A model generated the notes under the pieces. It was not told the origin of the DNA. It made no database searches and saw only the letters and a program-made list of their open reading frames with translations. Shown here one piece after another: positions 23,697-35,317 of a stretch of DNA of 64,000 nucleotides. The translations under genes were made by a program, and so were the position numbers. Numbering within the stretch: the stretch's first letter is position 1; each line of letters opens with the position of its first letter. The stretch is from Podarcis cretensis (Eukaryota), in contig OX638157.1 of the NCBI GenBank assembly GCA_951804945.1, positions 48,298,001 through 48,362,000 on the forward strand. Reading direction: 5' to 3'.

Positions 23697-24928
23697 TGGG
23701 GCAGGCCGACCGATCACTTTTTTGTTTTTGAGATATGGATATGTAGTCCCCCACTTGATTGACTGAAAACTTTTTTTAAACCTTGCTCTTCAGCAAAAAC
23801 AAAACAACAGCCACTCCAGAACTAAAGAAATAAACTTGCAGACCAATAAACACAAGACATGTTCTCATGCTGGAGGGGGGGAGGCAGGAGAAAATAAGTA
23901 CTATATCTAGGGACCATTTTTTAGTGACAAGTTCTTCTGATGACCAGCTGGGATGGAAACCGATCAAGAGGAGGAGGAGGAAGCGAGAATTGCTGGTCCT
24001 TCAGCTGCACCAGAGGAGTGGTCCCTGGGCCCCTGCGCCCCTCCTCTTCACCCGCTGCTACAGCCTGATGGAACTGCGTGACAGCGGATGGAAGGCGGAG
24101 CCTTGCTTCTCAGCCGTGCGGACGACGGCCTTGCTCCCCTTCTCTCCATCCTCAGAGCCCTGCAATTGTTAACAAATTGAGCGCGCGTTACCTCATCTCC
24201 CCTACCAGGGTTCCTGTGCCTTTAAGGGGCGCGCTGTAGACAAGTTCTGCCTGCCCTGTAACTGGAGTGATGGCAAGAAAAAAAGTGACAACCCTAGCTG
24301 CAGATTTTGAAGTTGACCTCTAGGTAGATCAATATTATGTGCGTAATGGTAATAGCTAAGAAAAGTAAAACATGGAGAGTCGCCGGAGTCAGACGCCGAC
24401 CATCTTTTGGAAATACTACAAAACTGTCTTGGGGTGATGGGGGCTCCGATTACAGTGGCGGTTAAACTCTTGGGGAGGATTGGCAATCCTACATTTGTTC
24501 TGCACTACAATATTTCCTTGCTTTTGGCAAGTTTGTATTCCTACACGACTTGATACTTCATAAGAGACCCCATGACACATCTCACGACTAGTGGCTAACT
24601 GTGTGCCTTTTGACGTTTGCTTTCAGACCTCGTTTTTGGATGAGCGCGGTCTCCTTTGGGTTCACACTAGCCTTCTAGAACAGGGGCGACTAAGCTATGA
24701 ATCCGAACCTCGGGGCACGTGAATACATTTTTACGCAAGTAGCGCCCGCTTCTACCTGCGCGATCCCATGGTGCTCAAACCGACGTGTGTTTTTTAGGCT
24801 GAGCACGTTGCACTGGCGAAAGTTGCGTGAGGTTCTGCGCTTCCACACTCAGAGAAAGAGAGAGAGAGAGAGGTGTCGGCGTGCCTATATTTGCGTATCC
24901 AACCCCTCCCTCATGCGCCCCCCTTCCT

Positions 24929-24931
<3 letters not shown>

Positions 24932-24983
<52 letters not shown>
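24932..24983. repeat. (TC)n microsatellite
   Basis: Direct reading. Confidence 0.95.
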
Positions 24984-24987
<4 letters not shown>

Positions 24988-25087
24988 TCTAAATGTAATT
25001 GATCTGGCTGAGTGAGGCCGTTTTGGTAATTTGGATACACCGAGTCTCCAGATAATGACATATAATCAGACTTCGGGTCACTTGGTC
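24984..25087. promoter_or_regulatory. Probable homologue of the Hand2 branchial-arch (Edn1/Dlx5/6-dependent) enhancer, cut by an assembly gap
   Basis: Four clustered TAAT cores (24996, 25027, 25053, 25063), including Dlx-type TAATTG, ~11 kb upstream of the TSS. The mouse enhancer (~7 kb upstream) is described as having four homeodomain sites. No alignment was run. Confidence 0.55.
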
Positions 25088-25215
25088 NNNNNNNNNNNNN
25101 NNNNNNNNNNNNNNNNNNNNNNNNNNNNNNNNNNNNNNNNNNNNNNNNNNNNNNNNNNNNNNNNNNNNNNNNNNNNNNNNNNNNNNNNNNNNNNNNNNNN
25201 NNNNNNNNNNNNNNN
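25088..25215. other. Assembly gap (128 N)
   Basis: Run of N between a (CT)n repeat region and a G-rich tract. Confidence 1.
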
Positions 25216-25794
25216 GCGGACACACCAGGGAATGGCAGGCTGGGGCGGGGGGGGGGGAGGGAGTTGGGAAGAGGAAGAAATATTAGAAAAAAGTCTGTTA
25301 ATAAAGAGTAGTAAACGCGTTCGGAAAAAGGGAAGAGGTGGAGGAATATACCAGGGGGTATGTATATGTGTGTGTATGGAAAAGGACATACTATCATGAA
25401 GAGAGTCACTGTGTACAAAAGGCGAAAGGGGAGAGCAATGGTCTGGCTCATGTTAAAAATGACATAAATTAAAATAAAAAATAATTACAAACAGAAAAAT
25501 GCCATAACGTAAACACAGAGAGGCTTACTGGAAAAGCGGCGGGGCGCGCTGGGAGTCCTCCCTCCTTCCCTAGCCTGCCTGCATGCGCTTTCTCCTTTGC
25601 AAGGCGCCAGCAGAAGGCGACCCCCTCCCTCCTCCCTCCCCCTCAGTTGGAAACCCGGGAGGCTGCGGACCGAGCTGAAGTCTTGCCGGGTGTAGGTTTG
25701 TAGAGGGGTTGAATACTGCTAGTGGCGAAGAGGGAAATCCGGAAACTAATCCCTGCTCCCAAAAGGAAAAAAGTTGGACAGGTAGAGAGAAGGG

Positions 25795-25795
<1 letters not shown>

Positions 25796-25838
<43 letters not shown>
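25796..25838. repeat. (AAC)n microsatellite
   Basis: Direct reading. Confidence 0.95.
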
Positions 25839-25904
25839 CTTCCTAGAGGGTCGTTGGGCCTAAACTCAGTAAAATCAGAAAGAAGAATTGGCCTTTCAAG
25901 CTGT

Positions 25905-26045
25905 GTCGGTGGGTGAACTGTGGCTCGCCAGATCTTGTTAGACTGCAACTCCCATCATTCCTGACCATCGGCCATGCTTGACTGTGGGGCTGATGGGAGC
26001 TGGAGTCCAGCAACATCCGGCAGGCCACAGTTTAGCAATTCTGCC
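25905..26045. mobile_element. Degenerate hAT MITE of the CTACAACTCCCATC family; related copies at ~1240-1365, ~11500-11560, ~39950-40070, ~40360-40480, ~45005-45125 and ~53660-53796
   Basis: Shared palindromic core GACT(A/G)CAACTCCCATCA...TGATGGGAG(T/C)TG(T/G)AGTCC. Confidence 0.7.
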
Positions 26046-26365
26046 TTAGCATGTACACACCCACACCCACCCACTCAAACCCACTCAGAAGTTAACCCCA
26101 TTAAGTTCAATGGGACTGACTCCCTGGAAAGGGGTTGCTTTTTTTCCTTTTTTTTTTTCATGATCTTATTGTCTAAATTATGCCAATAAGGGCTAGCTGG
26201 CTGGCTGAATGAATGAATGAATGAATGCACGGTTTCCAGCCTTACCAGCTTATGATGGCATGAAGTACTGTAGGCAAGAGACTACATCGTCAGATTGGAC
26301 CTTGAAGATACCATTGGATGGACAGGCGGACATACAGAAGTGGAGAAGGACTGTATTGCAATGAT

Positions 26366-26369
<4 letters not shown>

Positions 26370-26411
<42 letters not shown>
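26370..26411. repeat. (AAT)n microsatellite
   Basis: Direct reading. Confidence 0.95.
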
Positions 26412-26413
<2 letters not shown>

Positions 26414-27951
26414 TAAAAATCAATGAAGGCACACTGGCATCAGAAAGAGCCTCCAGCCACGAGTAAACAATTGCCACATGATTTCTTAGCTGCATAGAAC
26501 AGAATAACCTTTTTGAAGCGTCATGAACGAATGTCCCAATGAACGGCCTTCTTGAATCGTGCTTCATATTTTCATTGTCAAAAAATATAGTTCAGCTGGT
26601 GTATTTTGACCATCCTTTGCGGTTTTAGCTTTCCATTTCTGCTTGTTGGGGAATATCTTCCTGGGATCGAGCCGGCTGGAAGCATTTAGGCAAAACAGGC
26701 AGGACTACTCCCAGGAGTACATAGGAGGGGGGGAAAGGAAGTCCCATTATTCATGTCCTACTTAGGATCGGGATGTTAAATTTCGCTAGAGGAGAGAAGT
26801 GAATCAGTGAAATGGCAATAATTCTACGCCCAGCAATAATGGCAAAGTACTGGTGACATCCAAGTAAGTCATATTCAGAGCAGACCCACTGGAATTCATA
26901 TTCTAACGTTGGTGATCACCCACACATAACAAGAGAGAGACATTTAGATAATTTACTCAGTTCTGAAGGTCCAGCCGTAAACAAACTTTATTTGTGAGAA
27001 AGTTCAAGCGGATGGAATCTCTACTCTACTGTGAAATCCTGACAAAGCTGCATTGACTGAAACAGATCAGGATAGTTCCCAAATAAAGTAGTCTATACTA
27101 TCTACCAACCTACCAACCCCTGTCTCTATCTAGTTACTCCAGAAATAGTAACTGTTTGCTCTCAATAAAAAAAAATCCGCGTGTCAGGGTAGGAAAAAAG
27201 CGAGCAGTAGATAAAAGGCAAGGAAAAGTTTGGAGGAGTCTTTTCTAAATGCAGGCATTGATACATGCTTTAAATAGTTGCTTTCAACTGTTTTAATTGA
27301 TCATATAATTGTTTTATTATTTTTGTAAACCGCTTTAGTTATTTATAAAACAATCAAGCGGTATGTAAATTTTAATAAAGAAAAATGAATGCAGCTGTTT
27401 ACTCCTCTGTTTTCATTTTGAACCTGATATGCATGTATCTATGTATGTATCTAGAGAGAATATCCACTAGAAATAGTAACTCTTCGCGCGAACCAAGTGT
27501 GTAAAATCAAATGAACTACAGTATGGTCGAAATTTATATCTATATGGCCGAGATTTGTGTCTTCAGATACACACAAGAGTTTTTGCGATTCCCTTCCCAG
27601 AAAGGCTTATACTATTTAATCCCTTTATTCTTTTCTGAACAATTTCAGGAAAGTCAGACTCAGCAGAATAAACCTCCTTCCCTAGATCCCCACGTCTTAA
27701 AGGCTTACTCAGAGGGAATTCTGCATTAAAACCATTGGGAGAGGAAGGCAAATTCATTACGAACTCTCCCTCCCCCCAAAAACAGCAGAAGCAAAAGGTG
27801 CGTGGGCAGAGGATGGCGTGGGAGTGTTTGGGGGTCAGTAAGCCACGTAAAGATCACGGTCCTGAAGGCAGTTTAAGGAACAATCCTGATATCAGTAATC
27901 TTGAACTTGTATCTGCACCGAAACCAACAGGGTGGATCAAGGTTTGAAGAC

Positions 27952-28226
27952 GTTTTCTCCTGCTCCGGAGGGCAGGACCCAAACCAATGGCTTCAAGTTG
28001 CAAGAGAAGAGATGCTGACTACACACCAAGGTGAACTTTCTGACGGCAAGAGCTGTTGGACAATGGGACGGACTTCATCGGAAGGTGGTGGACTCTTCTT
28101 GGAGGCTTTTAAGCAGAGGTTGGGTGGCCATCTGTCACGGAAGCTTAAGATTCCTGAATGGCATGGGGTTGGACTAGATGACCCTCGGGATCCCTTCCAA
28201 CTCTACCATTCTATGATTCTATGATT
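27952..28226 (+). mobile_element. CR1 LINE 3' fragment
   Basis: Degenerate ORF2 end (LEAFKQRLGGHLS) plus 3' UTR GGGTTGGACTAGATGACC...CCCTTCCAACTCT and an (ATTCTATG)2 tail. Confidence 0.9.
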
Positions 28227-29700
28227 ACCAGATGCTTGGGGTTAAGCGCTGGCTACGCCATCGGAGAGGGAAACGCACTCCACGTTCATCTTACTTTATT
28301 CAAACAACCACAACAATGAGTTTTGTGGCATCTCAACAAGTAACAGGTTTCTTACGTCATAACCCCCCCTGCATAGCGTATGCTTCAACAGTTATTCTCA
28401 GTTGACAGTGACGTAAAATGGGCATATGAAAGAGACAATATAAACAATGGGGCCAAACTGCCATAAAACGCCGAAAGTACAGCCTGTGGTATTTCTATGC
28501 AAAGGGTCACCTAAGTAAACTGACTGCAGAATTAAGCTTTACGATTGAGGCAGACTGTCTTTTTTGTGTGTGTTTCACGGCCATTTGACTCCACCGCTGA
28601 TTACAATCGTATGTATTAATTTCCCATACCCATATTTATTCCATGACTTTCCCATATTTATATGGCAGGAGGATATCACCTGATGCATCTGATGGAGTGG
28701 GCTCTGTCTAGTTCGAGGTCTGCTACACTAAATCTGTCAATCTTTAAGATGACACATGCCTTGCTGCTTTTCTTGCATGAGACTAACGCGGCTGCTCTTA
28801 CTGTTCACATATTGAACATGCTGGATCCTAATACTTTCCATACAAATCCGAAGGGTGGTTCAGTTTGAAGCCCCGTTTTTTTTTTTACTCGGTGCAATTA
28901 TTCCAAGAAATACGACGAAGATCTCGCTGAGAAGCGCCTATGGGGCTGGTGATTCCGAGGACATTCTTGCTCAAGCCCCGCCCACCTTGTCCTCTGAGCG
29001 AGGCCCGGGCTCTTCGGCGCCCTCGTGTTATCTAGGCGCGCATGGAATGAAGAGCAGGCCTGTACTTTCGAGGACCTGTTAATCCCTCCAGAAACCTCTC
29101 AGAAAGCTGACCTCGCTGGGTGGAGTAGCAGGTTCTGTGGACCGGGAAAAAGTGGGCATGCTCATCATTTATAGGAATTTTTCACAAATGACGCTCACCT
29201 GCAAGCCTTTGAGTTTTTTAAATTGGGCTGTGGAGCTGGTTAACCTATTCCACGAACTATATAAATGCATGCACTCCAGTGTGCACATGTGATATCATGG
29301 CTGGCACATGTATAAATGGGCAACACAACTAAACGACTAATCAACAAACAACTTGTATAGATTCTCACATTTGGTGCTAAGATCAGTGCAAAACCACTTT
29401 TAATTTCCCCTCCATTCTCACCAATATTACAATGCAAATCAATTGAAGCAAGAACCTTGCTAGCCTTCTGGGTAAAACTGTCCTTCACTTTCATGTATAT
29501 TATATCCATTGCAATACCATGTATATTAAATCCATTTTATTTGTATTAATTATGCAGAAAATGGGGGAAAACTGATTTAGGTATTCATCGTGAAATCAGT
29601 CATATGTTTGAAATGCAAAACTCAGCCTTAAGCTTTCTTTGTCACAATGAACTAAAGAGGGTCTTAAGAATTTGAGGTTGTAATGCGAAACAGATTTACT

Positions 29701-29804
29701 AGACCACAGCGCCACCCGTGCTGTCCCCATTGTGGGGATTTGAACCTTCTGATCAGCAAGCCCAAGAGGCTCAGTGGTTTAGACCACAGTGCCACCTGCA
29801 TCCC
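29701..29804 (-). mobile_element. Sauria SINE tRNA-derived head fragment with duplicated 5' end
   Basis: Minus strand reads GGGATGCAGGTGGCACTGTGGTCTAAACCACTGAGCCTCTTGGGCTTGCTGATCAGAAGGTTCAAATCCCC. The motif agaccacag(c/t)gccacc occurs at both 29701 and 29781. Confidence 0.75.
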
Positions 29805-29835
29805 TACCAGGGGGTAAAGTGCACTGAATACTGTA

Positions 29836-30080
29836 CAGTCATACCTTGGGTTACAGCTGCTTCAAGTTGCGTTTTTTCGGGTTACACATCCACCAAAACC
29901 CAGAAGTATCAGAATGGGTTACTTCCGGGTTTCGGCAGTCGTGCATGCGCAGAAGCGCTAAATCGCGCTTTGCGCATGCACAGAAGTGCAGAATCGCAAC
30001 CCGCATGTGCGCAGATGTGCTGCTGAGGGTTGCGAATGTGCATCCCACACGGATCACGTTCTCAACCCGAGCGTCCACTG
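29836..30080. mobile_element. Tc1/mariner (Tigger-like) MITE (245 bp)
   Basis: TA|CAGTCATACCTTGGGTT...AACCCGAGCGTCCACTG|TA: imperfect TIRs with TA TSD; internal GCATGCGCAGAAG repeats. Confidence 0.8.
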
Positions 30081-30812
30081 TACTTGTTTAGGGTTGTACT
30101 GCAAGACAAGGGTTGCAACACTATGCCCACTTGCCTATTGAACTCAATCTATTAAAAACTAATGGTGTTTAATTGGTACCTGTTTTCATCATACAGATGA
30201 TTGCATTGGCAATACAGTACCTTCTTTTGCTAGTATACTTTGAGCACATCACTGCTTTCTGTTACTTTTGTATATTTATTCAATGTTCTTTATAACACAG
30301 TTCCTGGATGGAGATACTGAGCTCTATAGAAGTATATCTGAGTCCTGACTGGTTTCAGCAGGATTACTTCTATGTACATTTATAAAGAACTGGAAGCTTT
30401 AATTCAGGTAAATCCTAGGATTGCTTGCTCCTCCACACTCTATTTTAACTGCTTATGTTATAAAACCAAGCAGCAGTGTGAGATGCTCTGGGTTTGAACT
30501 GAGATGCCAAAGAGAAAGCAATCTTTGTCAATGAGAAAAAGAAGAAGGCAGAACAGAAGCAAGAAAATGGAGTTCCAACGACAGTGAGAGAAAAATAAAG
30601 ATAAATGAGTGTGTTGATGAAGGAGAGAAAGGAGAAAATAAGATAGCTGTCATTTGTCAGAGGAGATATTGGTGGCGTCTTTGCAATAAAGCTGGGGAAG
30701 CTGGGGAAAAGGAAAGAAAGAGTATAGGAAACTGATACCATTGAAAATAAAGATGGAAAGGAAGAGTGATGGGAAAAAAGGGAGAGGCACCTATTTCTGA
30801 GATGAGATGCTC

Positions 30813-30995
30813 TGTGTACGCATTATACTTTTAAGGCAAATGTGAAGCACATTTTCCTGTTCAAAGAATTCTGGGCACTGTAGTTTATCTGTCACAGAGT
30901 TAGCATTCCCAGCAACTCTTAACAAACTACAGTGCCCAGAATTCTTTGAGAGGTAGAATGTGCCTCAAATGTGCCTTAAAGGTATAGTGTGCACA
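30813..30995. mobile_element. Palindromic MITE (related decayed copy at ~55440-55640)
   Basis: Self-complementary arms, including CAAAGAATTCTGGGCACTGTAGTTT / AAACTACAGTGCCCAGAATTCTTTG; termini TGTGTAC...GTGCACA. Confidence 0.75.
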
Positions 30996-32102
30996 AAACC
31001 GACAAACAGAATGGATTTTAACTCCTAGGGGCTGAGTTCCCATCAGCGCCCCTCAATAATATATTTGAGGGGGCCGCCTCCCTAAATTGATAGGCATTGC
31101 CATTCAAATGGTGTGTGTGAGCCGTGTCTTGTGAACAATTATGTGGGGTGGGGCTTACCTGCCCCCCCAATATTTTATTCAAATTGGCAGTGACACCATT
31201 GGGATGGATTAAAAAGAGATTAAATAGCAGATACGGTAACTTCTTTTTCTTCTTGGTAGATTGTGTATTCCAAACCACATTAGTGATAGTTAACGGAAAA
31301 AAATCCAACTGGTTTGCATCCCTGCCCCCCCATGTGAATCAATTCTGGTTCAGAGAGTGCTCTTGCATTTGGGGTAGAAGATAATAAATGGCATCAGCTG
31401 GATGTGAAGCACCTATCACAAAGCCCACCCCCAATAATAGTAAAACTGAGCTGTGAGCATGTCTAGGCGTTGCTGTGATTAAACACTTTCGGATATTTCC
31501 CCATATTCTGTATATCACTCCTTTAACTTAGTGTGTGAAAACCTTTCTTCCAGGAAAGGGTTAAGTCTCCTTCCCCACCCCCTTGCACTACTCCATTATT
31601 TCTGACCCCCCTGCACACCATTGCTTTCCTCTAGAGGTCTCATTAGGGAAGCCCTAACTGCTATTTTCAACATTTCCTCAATCAAGTGCCAGTTAAATAT
31701 AGCTACACAAACAAATGGGCGGCAAAGAAAAAGCGAGAATCTTGTCACTGGCAGGACCAATCTAATATTTCACCTCTTGTTTCCTTTGTAATTACTGCTT
31801 GCCTGGTGGCTACCTTGCCCTCCTGGCTATAGTTGCACATGGCAATCAATGTTGAGCACACTCTTTTCAAGGGTTCTAGAGGCAGACTTTCCTGAGAGTA
31901 AGGCCCATTGTACATAGTGGGAATTACTTTTGAGTAAACATGCATAGGATTGTGCAGTGAGTAAATATTCCATGCAAACATATGTACATAACCTAGGTGT
32001 AAGAGTCTCTCATTCCCAACCTCATCTTAATTTCTAAAATGAAATAGATTATGACACTTGAGATGCCATCTTGCTTGAAATCCTTATCCGGAATGCCTAA
32101 GG

Positions 32103-32238
32103 CAGTGTTTCCCAACTTTGGGCCTCCAGATGCTTTTGGACTACAACTCCCATCATCCCTAGCTAGCAAGACCAGTGGTCAGGGATGATGGGAATTGTAG
32201 TTCAAAAACAGCTGGAGGTCCAAGGTTGGGAAACACTG
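32103..32238. mobile_element. hAT MITE (136 bp, internally palindromic)
   Basis: TIRs CAGTGTTTCCCAAC / GTTGGGAAACACTG; perfect 8-bp TSD GCCTAAGG at 32095-32102 and 32239-32246. Confidence 0.92.
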
Positions 32239-35200
32239 GCCTAAGGGATGGTTGTTGTCACACCCTGGCTGTCAAAAACACATTTTGCACTTTCTCAAAG
32301 ACACTGTTTTGGACAGTTTTGGTCCACATCTGGGTTCAATAACTTTCTCTCTCTTTTTCTTTGCGCAGTGTGTATGCACAAAAGGGTACACCTGAGACAT
32401 GCTGGCAAAAAGCATGCACTGATTCAGCGCGCAGGCCATTTTGCTGATCAAGAAGCTGAGCAGTGTTGCATTATGGGAAGTAATTTAGCTAGAAAAGAGT
32501 TGAGCTGCGATGTAAAGTGTTTTGTCCTGATCTTCCAGGTTCAGCTCTTGGGGTTGCTTGTGAAGCCAACCTTTGTGAACCTCATCAGAACAAAGGAGAA
32601 ATGCAGGGATCAGATTTCAAAGTGAAGAAAGGGAAAGGGGGTCAGCCCTAAATTGAACACCTCCCATTCAGCAGGGCAGAGGTATCCAAGTTAATGTCAA
32701 GTTCCAAGAAAGACACTACTTATAGATTGTGCGTATACCATAGCCATTACCACAAGCTTCCTCTCCTCTTGCCTCTTCTGTTGAGCACTTCCGGTCAGGT
32801 TCATGTCCAAATAACCTGGATCCGAAGCATCCTCCGACTCATCTGTTCTTCTGCTTCTAGGCTTTGTCCATCGCACTGGCTATGCCCTGCTGTGTACCTT
32901 TCATCTGCCAGGGAGCTACACACACCATTTTTAATTAGATCCTTGTGTAAGCATCTTAGCGGTAAGAGTATGGACAGAAATAACATGAGTGGAAACATGT
33001 GGAGAGCATTTGGAGAATCTAAAAAAGTTCCCTGGCATTTTTAGGACATGCTCTTTCCAGGAATGGGTGTAGGCAGTGAAAGTGTGGGTCCAGATGCATA
33101 CATTGCAGAAGACTAATGGATTGGGGGATAGACTAAGATTTTGGAGTGGTCCCCTCCCCTTAAGAAGGTGATAATGTATTCAGCAGATACAAGTTTGCAG
33201 CTCAACTGATGCTCAATAAAGCCAGATACAAGTCCACAAAAAGAGAAAACAGTATCACTGCAGCCTCAAAGCTATTTACTAATATTGTTATCCTACTAAC
33301 GTCTGTGCTTTCTCTGCAGCAAGAAGGTTTTGGACAGAAGGAATATAAAAAATAACTATTCAAAAAGGAAATATATATGTATATCAGACTCATTCTATTA
33401 AATGGCCTGGTTCCAGAGTTGAGTGCAAACAACACATACACAGCTTTCCCTTGTAAATTTTTTTTTGGGGGGGAACCAGAATGTTTATTGCAGAGCTGGA
33501 CTCTAAAACAAATTGAAAATACATATTCAGTTTAATTTCTCTTCATTGACCAACTCTTCATTGACCAAGTATGGTTGAGAGGGAGGGTAAGGCAATTTTG
33601 CAAATGACAGTAAGCCCAATCGATGTCAATGGGACATTCTTCTGAATAGAAATGTGAAGCAGGGCTTTGTTGTCCAACTGAGAAACAGCCTGATTCCAAA
33701 GTCCCTGAGACCAGAGTACATCGATGCAATACATTTGGTGCTGTGGTACATAATGGCTAAAATTCAATAATCTGTTTTAACTGAGATCTTCATCAGGCTC
33801 AAAATGGCCTGATTCACAATTGCAGTATTTGCTGTCCAAGCAGTTTTGAACAATATTGTTTAGACCCTTGGAACTGCCCTGAGATCCCTGGATATAGGTG
33901 GTGGCATCATCATCATCATCCAGTAGGGCTGACTCATAAGAACCTGTACTACATGGTAGCCAACTGAAAAGTCTGTGCAAATTTGGATTGCTGCAATGCT
34001 GCTGATGGCAAGCTTCACAGTTGTGATTAGCGCCATGCACAATAGAAACTTTTGTGCAAATGGGCAGTCACTCCACTCCAAACCCATGAAGCTGCAGTGG
34101 TACATCTCAGCTGAATTCTGTTGTGAGGACTAGTTAAATATGGCAATAGGCATGGAGCCTATATGTTCACACACCCCTCGTAAAATGTAACAGACATGAA
34201 TGGCTATCCCCAAGCAATAAAATGAAAACCTCCTATAGCCATTTGGTATTGGATATTCATTTCTGCAAACATACCTTATTTCGGCAATGTAAGTGTATTT
34301 TTAGATCCAAAGAAGGAGATAACATCCACAATTATGATCAGTGTTTTACAAAGCAAGGTTAAGCTCGAAACAGCCACTGGGTTTCTTTCAAACAGTAGCA
34401 AGGGGAATGATGCAGCCCTCTAATGGTTTAGTTGTCCAAACAACAACTGGAATTGGATAAATGCTTTCAGCTGGGATCACTTTCCTAATACCTTTGTAGG
34501 TAATGGGATTCCCAGAGAGGGCTGCTGTGTGAACATCAGACAATATGCATTGGGCAGGAAGTTCCTCTTCTAGATCAGACAATATTAAAACAACATTTAT
34601 TACAATATAAGATTTACGTTTTGTAAATCACTTATTTGCTGGGGCATTTATATGACAATAGTAGTGTAGAAGAACTGTGGTGGATTTTTAAAATACATAT
34701 TTCCTGATGTATTGCCTTGTTCAAATATTATTAAAAAGATCTAAAATGCTAGCAGCTACCAGCAACCAAACTATGCATTTCATTTGTAGCATGAAATTGT
34801 AGCCTCAGTTGCACAATTACTTCAACTGTATAGACTCCATGTGTCTATGCCAGTGAATGGAAAAATGTGAGTCTTTGGTCCACCACTCTGAAATTAACAG
34901 CCATTCAGCTCTATGATAGTGATAAAGCTGGAACTAACCACAGGATAATAACAATTGCTTATCCAATATTGCCTAAATAGCATGTCTGTTAAGGCTGTGG
35001 CCCTTAACAGCTGTAATTTCTGGGCATTTTGGAGCTTGAGTGAATACAGAGGGCTCTTTACACAACACGTGAAACTGATTTTTTTTTTTTTAAAGATTGA
35101 GTCAGTACAGCAGATAAGTTTGTTACTGTTCTGGAAAACAAAGCAATTCATTTTCTGCTTTAATGTGCCCCCCCCACACAGAAGCCTCCCAATTCATTCT

Positions 35201-35271
35201 CAGAAAGCTGGAGAAAAAATAATTTATCCCAAGTCAAGGTAGCAAAAAGTAAAAACAAAAAACACACAAAG

Positions 35272-35304
<33 letters not shown>

Positions 35305-35317
35305 TATTATTAATAAT
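35272..35317. repeat. (CAT)n microsatellite grading into (TAT)n
   Basis: Direct reading. Confidence 0.9.

Noticed and set aside
28300-28600. Possible Penelope-like fragments (also ~59890-59950)
   Set aside because: Resemblance is too faint to call by eye.
33538-33568. 15-bp tandem duplication CTCTTCATTGACCAA (similar short duplications at ~1845-1883 and ~10816-10849)
   Set aside because: Ordinary slippage-type duplications with no sign of function.
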